64,000 bases of DNA, from assembly GCA_013377005.1 (NCBI GenBank), contig JACABE010000017.1:9096-73095 (forward strand), read 5' to 3'. Origin of the DNA: Bacteroidota bacterium. Lineage in GTDB: Bacteria; Bacteroidota; Bacteroidia; Bacteroidales; JACABE01. The notes beneath the pieces are model-generated. The model saw only the letters and a list, made by a program, of their open reading frames with translations. It was not told where the DNA came from and did no database searches. Below are positions 17,780 to 26,569 of the stretch, piece by piece (the first letter of the stretch is position 1; each line of letters begins with the position of its first letter). A program made the position numbers and the translations under genes.

Positions 17780-18871
17780 ATGAACCGTGATATTTTTGAA
17801 GATTTATTTGTGCTTGAAATGGCCAATAATCACTGGGGGAGTCTTGACAGAGGACTGAAAATTATTAATGCTTTTGGACAGATTGTTCGTTTTAATAATG
17901 TTCAGGCAGCAATAAAATTGCAATTTAGAGATGTTGATAATTTTATTCATAAAGATTTTCAAAAAAGGGATGATATTCGATATATTAAAAAAACAATCGA
18001 TACAAAATTGTCAAAAGAAAATTTGGCTATTTTAGTAAATAATATTCGTAAAGCAGGATGTATTCCAATGACCACTCCTTTTGATGAAGCTTCTGTTGAT
18101 TTAGGTATGGAATTAGGGATTCAATTATTTAAAATAGCAAGTTCTGATTTAAACGACTGGCCACTGATTGAAAAAATTGCAAAAACAAAAAAACCTGTAA
18201 TAGTATCAACAGGGGGTTCTTCTGTAAAAGATCTTGACGATTTAGTTACTTTTTTTGAGAATAGAAATATTCCACTTGCAATAAATCATTGCGTTTCTCT
18301 TTATCCTTCTGAAGATTCTAATCTAGAAATCAATCAAATAGATTTTTTAAAAAATCGTTATCCAAATCATACCATAGGTTATTCAACCCACGAATATCAT
18401 TCATGGGATTATTCGTTGATGATTGCTTATGCAAAAGGTGCCCGAACTTTTGAAAGACATATTGATATCGAAGATGGAGGTATAAGTGTTGCACCATACT
18501 GCTCTTTACCCCATCAAATTGATACTTGGTTTAAATCATTTCATAAGGTGAAAGAAATGTGTGGCAATAGTGGTACTACCAAAAGAATACCACCCAAAGA
18601 AGAGATTCAATATCTTGATGCTCTGGTACGAGGAGTTTATGTTAAAAGAGATTTACCCGAAGGTTATGTAATTAAGCATGAAACTATCGATAATGACATT
18701 TATTTGGCAATTCCTTTGCAAAAAGGACAAATATCTTGTCGTGAGCTAATGTCGGGTGAAGTTTTATTAAGAGCTATGAAAAAGGACGAACCAGTAATGA
18801 TTGATACAATTGACAGTCCTTATTCTTATAATGAATCATTAAAACAACAAATTTATAATCGTGGCATATAA
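17780..18871 (+). CDS. NeuB/SpsE-family PEP-dependent aldol-type synthase with C-terminal SAF-like domain
   Basis: 363 aa. N-terminal LEMANNHWGS aligns with the NeuB IAEIGxNHxG motif, followed by a TIM-barrel-like region and a C-terminal RDLPEG...GE SAF-type segment. Confidence 0.65.
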   Translation: MNRDIFEDLFVLEMANNHWGSLDRGLKIINAFGQIVRFNNVQAAIKLQFRDVDNFIHKDFQKRDDIRYIKKTIDTKLSKENLAILVNNIRKAGCIPMTTPFDEASVDLGMELGIQLFKIASSDLNDWPLIEKIAKTKKPVIVSTGGSSVKDLDDLVTFFENRNIPLAINHCVSLYPSEDSNLEINQIDFLKNRYPNHTIGYSTHEYHSWDYSLMIAYAKGARTFERHIDIEDGGISVAPYCSLPHQIDTWFKSFHKVKEMCGNSGTTKRIPPKEEIQYLDALVRGVYVKRDLPEGYVIKHETIDNDIYLAIPLQKGQISCRELMSGEVLLRAMKKDEPVMIDTIDSPYSYNESLKQQIYNRGI

Positions 18872-20685
18872 TGATTAGAATCTCTGATTTTATTTTTAAA
18901 TATCTTGAAGAATATGGAATTGAAGATATTTTTATGATTACTGGTGGTGGAGCAATGCACCTGAATGATGCTTTGAGTAGAAATAAAAAAATAAACTATA
19001 TCTGTAATCATCATGAGCAAGCTTCAGCAATTGCAGCTGAAGGATATGCAAGAATTGCGAATAAACTTGCAGTTGTTGTTGTTACAAGTGGTCCCGGTGG
19101 TACAAATACACTAACTGGTTTGATTGGCCAATGGCTTGATTCTGTTCCGGTTTTATATATTTCGGGTCAGGTAAAATTTGAAACTACAATTGCTTCATGC
19201 CCTGAGTTAAACCTTCGTCAATTGGGCGATCAGGAAATAAATATTATTGATATTGTGAAACCAGTGACTAAATATGCCACTATGCTTACAGATCCAAAAA
19301 CTGTTAGGCAAGAATTGGATAAAGCCATCCATTTTGCAACTTCGGGAAGACCTGGTCCTGTTTGGATTGATGTGCCACTTAATGTTCAAGGTGCATATAT
19401 TGATGAAACACAAATTCTTGATTCGAAAATTGAAAAGGAAGAACTTTTTGACTCTTCCTTAGCCTTAAATCAAATTGAAGAGTTAGCATCGTTAATAGTA
19501 AAAGCCGAACGTCCACTTTTTCTTGCCGGTAATGGATTACGAAATGCTCATGCTACTAAACAATTTATTGATTTGATTGAGAAAACAGGTATTCCTGTTG
19601 TTACTTCTTTTCTTGGATGTGATATTATCGAAACCGATTCTCCTTTGTTTGCAGGTCGAATCGGAACCATTGGAAATCGAGCAGGTAATTTTGCTATTCA
19701 AAATGCTGATCTTTTAATATCAATAGGTTCACGCAATAATATTCGACAAACTAGTTATAACTGGCAGTGGTTTGCACGTGGAGCCAAGAAAGTTGTTGTA
19801 GATATTGACAAAGCAGAACTTTTAAAACCCACATTTAAACCAGATATTCCTATTCAATGTGATGCTTTATTTTTTGTAGATAGCTTAACCAAAACCATCA
19901 ATACTAAAACTTTACCTGATTTTTCGAAATGGGTTGAATGGTGCGGAGAACGAAAAAATAAATATTCAGCTTACTTGCCCGAGTATGCTAATTTAAAAGA
20001 ATTGGTACACCCCTATCACTTCATACAGAAACTTACGGAGGCTCTGAAAGAGAATGATATTATTACCACTGGTAATGCAACACCCAGCATTGCATATCAT
20101 CAATTAGGAATTGTGAAGAAAAAACAGCGTATTCTTTGGAACTCAGGTTGTGCATCAATGGGTTATGGTTTGTCAGCAGCAATAGGAGCTGCTTTTGCTT
20201 CCCACAAAAAACAAAATGTTATTTGTTTGGAAGGTGATGGAAGTTTGCAAATGAATATTCAGGAGTTACAAACTATTGTCTATTATCAATTACCTATTAA
20301 ACTGTTTATTTTAGACAATCGCTGTTATATTTCTATTAAACAAACACAAACAAACCTATTTAATAGTCATTTTGTTGGCGTAGATGTTGCAAATGGAGTT
20401 TCATTCCCTGATTTTACGAAAATATCAGAAGCTTATGGATTAAAAACTTTTACTATAGAAAATCATGATAATATTGAGACTATTATTGCAGAGGTTCTTG
20501 AAATTTCAGGTCCCGTTGTTTGTCATGTTAAACTGACGAATGATTATATTTTTTCGCCTAAAACATCTTCTAAAAAACTTCCTGATGGTCGATTAGTATC
20601 GGCTCCTCTGGAAGATATGTTCCCATTTTTGGACAGAGATGAATTTATGAGTAATATGATTATTAAACCTATCGACACCGAATGA
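18871..20685 (+). CDS. thiamine diphosphate-dependent acetolactate-synthase-like enzyme (YerE-like candidate)
   Basis: 604 aa with three-domain ALS architecture and a GDGSLQMNIQEL ThDP-binding motif (GDG-x24-27-N type). Confidence 0.85.
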   Translation: MIRISDFIFKYLEEYGIEDIFMITGGGAMHLNDALSRNKKINYICNHHEQASAIAAEGYARIANKLAVVVVTSGPGGTNTLTGLIGQWLDSVPVLYISGQVKFETTIASCPELNLRQLGDQEINIIDIVKPVTKYATMLTDPKTVRQELDKAIHFATSGRPGPVWIDVPLNVQGAYIDETQILDSKIEKEELFDSSLALNQIEELASLIVKAERPLFLAGNGLRNAHATKQFIDLIEKTGIPVVTSFLGCDIIETDSPLFAGRIGTIGNRAGNFAIQNADLLISIGSRNNIRQTSYNWQWFARGAKKVVVDIDKAELLKPTFKPDIPIQCDALFFVDSLTKTINTKTLPDFSKWVEWCGERKNKYSAYLPEYANLKELVHPYHFIQKLTEALKENDIITTGNATPSIAYHQLGIVKKKQRILWNSGCASMGYGLSAAIGAAFASHKKQNVICLEGDGSLQMNIQELQTIVYYQLPIKLFILDNRCYISIKQTQTNLFNSHFVGVDVANGVSFPDFTKISEAYGLKTFTIENHDNIETIIAEVLEISGPVVCHVKLTNDYIFSPKTSSKKLPDGRLVSAPLEDMFPFLDRDEFMSNMIIKPIDTE

Positions 20686-20741
20686 TAATAAACTTTATAA
20701 GGTAATTTTTCAAAAGAAAAAATTCTATAATACGAATCAAA

Positions 20742-21686
20742 ATGAAGAAAAGAATTTCTATTTTTACCCCATGTTATAATGAAGAAGAGAATGTTGAAAT
20801 CCTTTATAATGAAGTAAAAAAGGTTTTTGAACAACTTCCTCAATATGATTACGAGCATGTATTTATCGACAACAATTCTCAGGACAAAACAGTAGAAATT
20901 CTTAAAAGAATTGCCAATCAGGACAAAAAAGTTAAAATCATTGTGAACGCCCGTAATTTCGGACATATTCGCTCGCCATACCATGGTTTACTTCAGACTA
21001 CCGGAGATTGTGTGATTTCTGTTGTTGCTGATTTACAAGATCCACCGGAACTCATTCCTGAATTCCTTAAAAAATGGGAAGAAGGTTATAAGATTGTTAC
21101 TGCTGTAAAAAAGAAATCAAGAGAAAATCCATTAATGTTTTTATTGAGGAAGATTTATTATAACATTCTTGCAAAATTTTCTGAAGGAGAGCAAATTAAA
21201 AATTTTACTGGTTTTGGACTTTACGATAAGTCTTTTCTTGATATTATTCGTAAAATTGATGATCCCTATCCTTATTTTAGAGGTCTGATTTCAGAAGTAG
21301 GCTTTCAAAATACTTCTGTTGAATACACCCAGCCTAAAAGATTACACGGTAAAACAAAAAACAACTTTTATACTCTTTATGACGTAGGAATGTTAGGTTT
21401 TGTTAATCACTCTAAATTACCGTTAAGACTTGCTAGTTTTATTGGTTTTACTGTTGCTTTAATCAGTTTATTTGTTGCAATAGCTTATTTTGTTTATAAA
21501 CTAATTTATTGGGATGAATTTAAAGTTGGAACGGCACCCTTGGTTATTGGATTATTCTTTTTTTCATCCATTCAACTTTTTTTTATTGGTATTATTGGTG
21601 AATACATTGGAGCTATTCATACCCAAGTAAGAAAACGGCCTTTGGTTATTGAAAAAGAACGGATTAATTTTGACGAAACAATTTAA
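20742..21686 (+). CDS. GT2 polyprenyl-phosphate glycosyltransferase (GtrB/ArnC-like)
   Basis: ISIFTPCYNEEEN, IDNNSQD and ADLQDP motifs, plus two C-terminal TM helices, as in GtrB/ArnC/DPM1-type enzymes. Confidence 0.85.
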   Translation: MKKRISIFTPCYNEEENVEILYNEVKKVFEQLPQYDYEHVFIDNNSQDKTVEILKRIANQDKKVKIIVNARNFGHIRSPYHGLLQTTGDCVISVVADLQDPPELIPEFLKKWEEGYKIVTAVKKKSRENPLMFLLRKIYYNILAKFSEGEQIKNFTGFGLYDKSFLDIIRKIDDPYPYFRGLISEVGFQNTSVEYTQPKRLHGKTKNNFYTLYDVGMLGFVNHSKLPLRLASFIGFTVALISLFVAIAYFVYKLIYWDEFKVGTAPLVIGLFFFSSIQLFFIGIIGEYIGAIHTQVRKRPLVIEKERINFDETI

Positions 21687-21741
21687 ATAAGTTAGTATAA
21701 AGAAATAATGCATTATAAAGATTAATTAATAGGCATTTTTA

Positions 21742-22164
21742 ATGATTGAATCTGTCAACAGAATAAAAGAGTTAGTTAAAAGTGGTTTCGATTTAAAAAT
21801 TGTTAGATTTTTTTTTGTGGCTGGTATTAATACAGCGTTTGGCTATGGAGTTTTTGTTTTGTTTCTGCTTATTGGGTTACATTATGTTTTAGCAGGATTT
21901 TTGGCTACAGTAATAGGTATATTTTTTAACTTTAAAACATACGGAATACTTGTTTTTAAAAATAAAAGTAACAAATTAATATTAAGGTTTTTATTTGTAT
22001 ATTTTGTTACTTACTGTGTTGCAATTTCTTTTATTTGGGCATTTTCGCTAGTGAACGTAAACCATTACATCGCTTCAGCTATTATTGCAATTCCGAACGC
22101 CTTGTTAGGCTACTATTTAAATAAAAAATTGGTTTTTGAAAATAAAATAGCACAAAAACTATAA
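21742..22164 (+). CDS. GtrA-family small membrane protein (putative polyprenyl-P-sugar translocation component)
   Basis: 140 aa, four TM helices, RFFFVAGINTAFGYGVF start and a C-terminal LNKKLVF motif typical of GtrA. Confidence 0.75.
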   Translation: MIESVNRIKELVKSGFDLKIVRFFFVAGINTAFGYGVFVLFLLIGLHYVLAGFLATVIGIFFNFKTYGILVFKNKSNKLILRFLFVYFVTYCVAISFIWAFSLVNVNHYIASAIIAIPNALLGYYLNKKLVFENKIAQKL

Positions 22165-22216
22165 GTTAATATAAATTTGCATTCTTAATTTGCATTCAAA
22201 TTCATCTACTTAAAAT

Positions 22217-25000
22217 ATGAAAATACAATTTAAAGGGAAAATCGTTCAAAAAACGGATGAAAAAATGTCTTCTTCAATAAAGAACAATGACATTAGTGTT
22301 ATTTTTCGAGTTCATGATTTCGATAATGAAAAAAAACTATTGATAGATTCTATTTCACGAATTCGTTCAGAAAAAATAAATAATATTGAATTTTTTATTA
22401 CTTCTTCACAAACACTTACTGGTAATCAATTGCAAGAAATTGAATCAATCAATTCTTTAATCAATTTCCAAATATATCAAATTGGTAGTGTATTTGAGCC
22501 TTCAAATAATCATTGTGTTATCATTGATTGCAAGTCTGTTGAAAAGTCTTTGAATTTGAATGAAATTCTTTTTGTAAAAGGGCTTAAACCTGAAAATTCT
22601 TCAAAGCTTAAGTTTGTTTCAGACAAAATATATTTTTCTTATAAGCAACCTCTATGGATACTAAGTGAAACAGCAGCTTCGTACATTGTTGGTTCTCAAA
22701 TTGAAAATGCCTCTATTGAGTATTTCCTTCGTAAACAGCATTTGAAATACGATGAGCTTAAAATAAATCATACGAATCCCTTTACCAAGAGTTCTTTTGT
22801 TGAAAAAACAATACGTTCATTATTTAATTTATTGCGTTGGTTCCTAATATATCCAATAAAAGAAATAAAGGGAAATTACAATTTTTCAGAAGCTTTTAAG
22901 CTTAATCGCGAATCTTCAATTTATCGCTTGTTATTTTTTATAGTTGCATTTGCATTGCTTATTATAATGCCTATTATGAGTTTTGATGCCGGTATTTCCG
23001 GGGATGAGAGTGAGCATTATACTCAGTCTGAAAAAGTTTTTAAATATTATACCAGTCTCGGCAAAGACACATCAAGTCTGGTTAGCCCGTCCTTAAGGCT
23101 TTATGGACAGTCCTTTGATTTAATTGCAATAACGGTAATAAAAGTTTTTAATATTGATAAAATATACGAAACCAGACATGCATTAAATTCAATTTTCGGA
23201 TGGTTTGCTATTTTATTTACTGCACTTATTGCAGTGGAGTTAATTGGCTGGCGAGCAGGTATTATTGGATTATTTTTGATGTTTATCTCTCCTGGATTCT
23301 TGGGTCATTCATTTAATAATCCAAAAGATATTCCGTTTGCAATGGCTTACATAATGAGTTTGTATTATATGATAAGATGGTTAAAGGAAATGCCTAAACC
23401 TAGTATAAAAACTTCTATAATGGTTGCTTTTGCAATCGCAGTTGGAATTAGTATTCGTATTGGTGGTCTTTTAAGTATTGCTTATTTTGGGCTTTTTGTA
23501 GCAATGTATTTTCTCTTTACAACAGGAAAGTTGACTAACTTATTTAACAAAAATAATTTTTCTAACATAAAAAAAGCGATACTATATCTGATTGCGATAT
23601 CCGTATTAGGCTATTTTATGGGACTGTTATTATGGCCTTACGGCATAGAAGCTCCGATTAAGAACCCAATAAAAGCTCTTTCTGATATGACTAATTTTGC
23701 AGTGAGTCTTCGTCAGATATTTGAGGGTAAACAGGTATGGTCTGACAATGTGCCATGGTATTATCTGTCAAAATACATACTTATTACAATACCCATTATA
23801 GTTATTTTTGGCTTTGTATTGTTTTTTCGTCAGTTTTTTGTTAAACAAAAAAGTCTTAGAACTCTATTGCTATTTATGTTGGTATTTGCTGTTGTGTTTC
23901 CTTTGTTTTATATTGTTTGGAAAAAATCGAATGTATTTGGAGGGTGGAGGCATACGATGTTTGTTTATCCCCCAATGGTTGCCATGGCTGCTATTGGAAT
24001 CGGACAAGTTTTTAATATTATTAGGAAAAGAGTTTTTGTTTATATTGCTTTAACTTTAATTCTCGCTTTATCTTATAATCCCATTCGTCATATAATAGTA
24101 AATTATCCACTTGAATATGTGTATTACAATGAATTTGAAGGAGGTATAAAAAATGCTTTTGGTAATTATGAATTAGATTACTATGTTCATAGTTTAAAAA
24201 AAGCATCCGAATGGGTAAAATTAAATGCACAAAAAGATTCATTGGTTACTGGCAAAAAAATAAAAGTAGCTACCTGGATAACACCTCCTTTAAATTACTA
24301 TTTTAGAAAAGATACTGCTAAGTTTGAAATAGCTTTTGCTCGCTATTACGAGAGAGGAAATACTGATTGGGATTATGCCATTTATGTAAACATGGGTGTT
24401 AATTCAGCTCAGTTAAAAAATGGAACTTGGCCACCGGCTAATACGGTTCATACCATTAATGTAGATGGAAAACCTGTTTGTGCCATTTTAAAAAGAACGG
24501 ACAAAAGTGACATGTTAGGTGCTCAAGCTATGCAAATAAATGATACAACAAATGCTATTCGCTATTTCAATAAAGCATTGGAAGTAGTACCCACCAACGA
24601 AGCTGTTCTTCTTAATCTTACAGATGTATATACAAAAATGCAGAAACTTGATAGCGCAGATATTACTATTAAAAAACTATTAAAATTTGATCCTGAGCTT
24701 GACAATGCCTTATATTCTCAGGCTATTGTGTATTTTTATAAAAATGATGTTGATAATACTTTGCTTACAGCTAAAAGAATCATAAAAAATAATATTAAAT
24801 ATTATATGGCTTATTATATTGCAGCTTATGCATATATGAAAAAAAATGATTCTTATTCTGCCATAAAATCTTTAGAGGAATTATTGATACAAAATCAAGG
24901 ATTTAAACCAGCTTACCTATTGTTGGCACAAATTTATCAACAACAAGGAGATACAGAAAAAGCCCAGCATTATGCTTCAATAGCTAATCAATTGCAATAA
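22217..25000 (+). CDS. large GT-C fold (ArnT/PMT-like) membrane glycosyltransferase with N-terminal cytoplasmic domain and C-terminal TPR repeats
   Basis: 927 aa. About 230 aa soluble N-domain, then about 12 TM helices with an acidic first-loop motif (SFDAGISGDESEHY), then about 200 aa of TPR-like repeats. Confidence 0.7.
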   Translation: MKIQFKGKIVQKTDEKMSSSIKNNDISVIFRVHDFDNEKKLLIDSISRIRSEKINNIEFFITSSQTLTGNQLQEIESINSLINFQIYQIGSVFEPSNNHCVIIDCKSVEKSLNLNEILFVKGLKPENSSKLKFVSDKIYFSYKQPLWILSETAASYIVGSQIENASIEYFLRKQHLKYDELKINHTNPFTKSSFVEKTIRSLFNLLRWFLIYPIKEIKGNYNFSEAFKLNRESSIYRLLFFIVAFALLIIMPIMSFDAGISGDESEHYTQSEKVFKYYTSLGKDTSSLVSPSLRLYGQSFDLIAITVIKVFNIDKIYETRHALNSIFGWFAILFTALIAVELIGWRAGIIGLFLMFISPGFLGHSFNNPKDIPFAMAYIMSLYYMIRWLKEMPKPSIKTSIMVAFAIAVGISIRIGGLLSIAYFGLFVAMYFLFTTGKLTNLFNKNNFSNIKKAILYLIAISVLGYFMGLLLWPYGIEAPIKNPIKALSDMTNFAVSLRQIFEGKQVWSDNVPWYYLSKYILITIPIIVIFGFVLFFRQFFVKQKSLRTLLLFMLVFAVVFPLFYIVWKKSNVFGGWRHTMFVYPPMVAMAAIGIGQVFNIIRKRVFVYIALTLILALSYNPIRHIIVNYPLEYVYYNEFEGGIKNAFGNYELDYYVHSLKKASEWVKLNAQKDSLVTGKKIKVATWITPPLNYYFRKDTAKFEIAFARYYERGNTDWDYAIYVNMGVNSAQLKNGTWPPANTVHTINVDGKPVCAILKRTDKSDMLGAQAMQINDTTNAIRYFNKALEVVPTNEAVLLNLTDVYTKMQKLDSADITIKKLLKFDPELDNALYSQAIVYFYKNDVDNTLLTAKRIIKNNIKYYMAYYIAAYAYMKKNDSYSAIKSLEELLIQNQGFKPAYLLLAQIYQQQGDTEKAQHYASIANQLQ

Positions 25001-25046
25001 AATTCTGCTTAAAGAGCATTCTGAAAAGTATCTCAATTTGCTCTTT

Positions 25047-25685
25047 TTACTCTTTATAGTTTGAATTTATTAGTACTTTAGAATTTTCCCATTTTCCTTT
25101 TAGTGAATCACTTTCAATAATATTTCCATTATTATCAAGGAACTGATTTGTTTGATTTTTCTTTATAACTTTCATCTTACCATTACATATATTAAAAATC
25201 ACAATATTTTTCAAACTATCAACAGAAATATTAGGATTTGCTTTTCCAATCTCTAAACCAATATCATTGTTCCAGAAATCCATATCTGAACTCACTTTAT
25301 CAGGAAATATCCCATCTTCCAATCGATGCTTTTTAAAATCTAAATAATTTCCTTTTTCATGGGCTTTACCTAATCGATAAGCCTTTCGCCAATTTATCTT
25401 TTGTGAAAGTAAAGCCATCCAAAAAGCATGGCGAAAAGCATCAACCTGCCCTCCGTTGTCATCTCCATCCAATATATTTGTTTTTTTAATACTGTCCGTT
25501 TGCAAACGAACATATTGTGTGATTTTCCATGCTTTTGAAGCAACAAATATATGTTTGATAGACCAACATTTTTCAGGAAAACTTAATTTTTTAATTTGCT
25601 GCCACTTTGTTATTTTCGTTTGACTTACTAAATTTATTGGATGTAGTAACAATACCAATATAATGGCTAAAAAAATTCCCTTCAA
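25047..25685 (-). CDS. hypothetical secreted protein
   Basis: 212 aa ORF with an N-terminal signal peptide (MKGIFLAIILVLLLHPINLVSQ) and a conserved-looking DAFRHAFWMALL segment. Family not recognised. Confidence 0.5.
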   Translation of the reverse strand: MKGIFLAIILVLLLHPINLVSQTKITKWQQIKKLSFPEKCWSIKHIFVASKAWKITQYVRLQTDSIKKTNILDGDDNGGQVDAFRHAFWMALLSQKINWRKAYRLGKAHEKGNYLDFKKHRLEDGIFPDKVSSDMDFWNNDIGLEIGKANPNISVDSLKNIVIFNICNGKMKVIKKNQTNQFLDNNGNIIESDSLKGKWENSKVLINSNYKE

Positions 25686-25770
25686 AACTTAATAATATTA
25701 CTATTGTTTATTTCTTATCAAAAATACTAAATTAAACAACAAAATATAGATACTATATTTTAAATTCTTG

Positions 25771-25778
25771 TAAATTTG
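25771..25778 (+). promoter_or_regulatory. Bacteroidota -7 promoter box (TAnnTTTG) for queD
   Basis: TAAATTTG lies 16 nt upstream of the queD ATG. Confidence 0.4.
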
Positions 25779-25794
25779 GTGAAAATATTCAGCT

Positions 25795-26205
25795 ATGATT
25801 TATATTAGTCGTAAAGAAAGATTTAATGCTGCACATAGACTTTTTCATCCTGATTTTTCGGATGAAAAAAACTTGGAAGTGTTTGGTAAATGCTCTAATC
25901 CAAACTGGCACGGGCATAATTATGAGCTATTTGTTACTGTAAAAGGAAATATTAAACCAGAAACAGGTTTTTTAATTAATCTTAAGGATTTAAGTAAGAT
26001 TATTAATGAATATATAATCAATAAAGTAGATCATAAAAATATAAATATAGAAGTCGATTTTATGCAAGGGAAAATGGCTTCAACAGAAAATCTTGCGAAG
26101 GCTATTTGGGATGAAATAAAATTACCTATTAATGAATTAGGTGCTGAATTACATTGCATTAAATTACACGAAACAGAAAATAATTTTGTTGAATATTTTG
26201 GTTAA
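25795..26205 (+). CDS. queD: 6-carboxy-5,6,7,8-tetrahydropterin synthase
   Basis: RFNAAHRL and CSNPNWHGHNY zinc/catalytic motifs of the PTPS/QueD family. 136 aa. Confidence 0.9.
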   Translation: MIYISRKERFNAAHRLFHPDFSDEKNLEVFGKCSNPNWHGHNYELFVTVKGNIKPETGFLINLKDLSKIINEYIINKVDHKNINIEVDFMQGKMASTENLAKAIWDEIKLPINELGAELHCIKLHETENNFVEYFG

Positions 26206-26569
26206 GATTTCCTAAATTGATATTATCAATTTTCTCTATTTTAAAAACAAGCTATTCAGGCTGTTATACTTTTGAATGTAGGCGTCTGTTTAAATAGCAT
26301 TACAAGATAATCCGTGTAATTTACCACCAAAAATCAAATTTTGCTTTTAATTATTATACACAAGGGCATTTTCTTCAGCATCATTAGCATAAATTATCAT
26401 CCAGTAACAATCAATTTCTTCCAGAGAGTCTTCACAATAAACAGTCTCGATAAAATTGTTCTGAGTCCTGATGAAAATCAGATGTAGGTATATAGAGAAA
26501 GTGAACCTACATAAAAATAGCAGGCTAACTCACTCTAATGTAATTTTTTGTTTAATAACTTAACTAAGC

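Noticed and set aside
26478-26488. Shared 11-mer TCAGATGTAGG at 26478 and 36314, considered as a dispersed repeat family.
   Set aside because: A single 11-nt match between two sites in 64 kb of AT-rich sequence is expected by chance. The flanking sequences do not align.
26330-26500. Minus-strand reading frame without a start codon (…IFIRTQNNFIETVYCEDSLEEIDCYWMIIYANDAEENALVYNN*) between queD and cydB, a possible gene remnant.
   Set aside because: The only in-frame Met is 17 codons from the stop, no family was recognised and the frame is under 60 codons. Evidence is insufficient.
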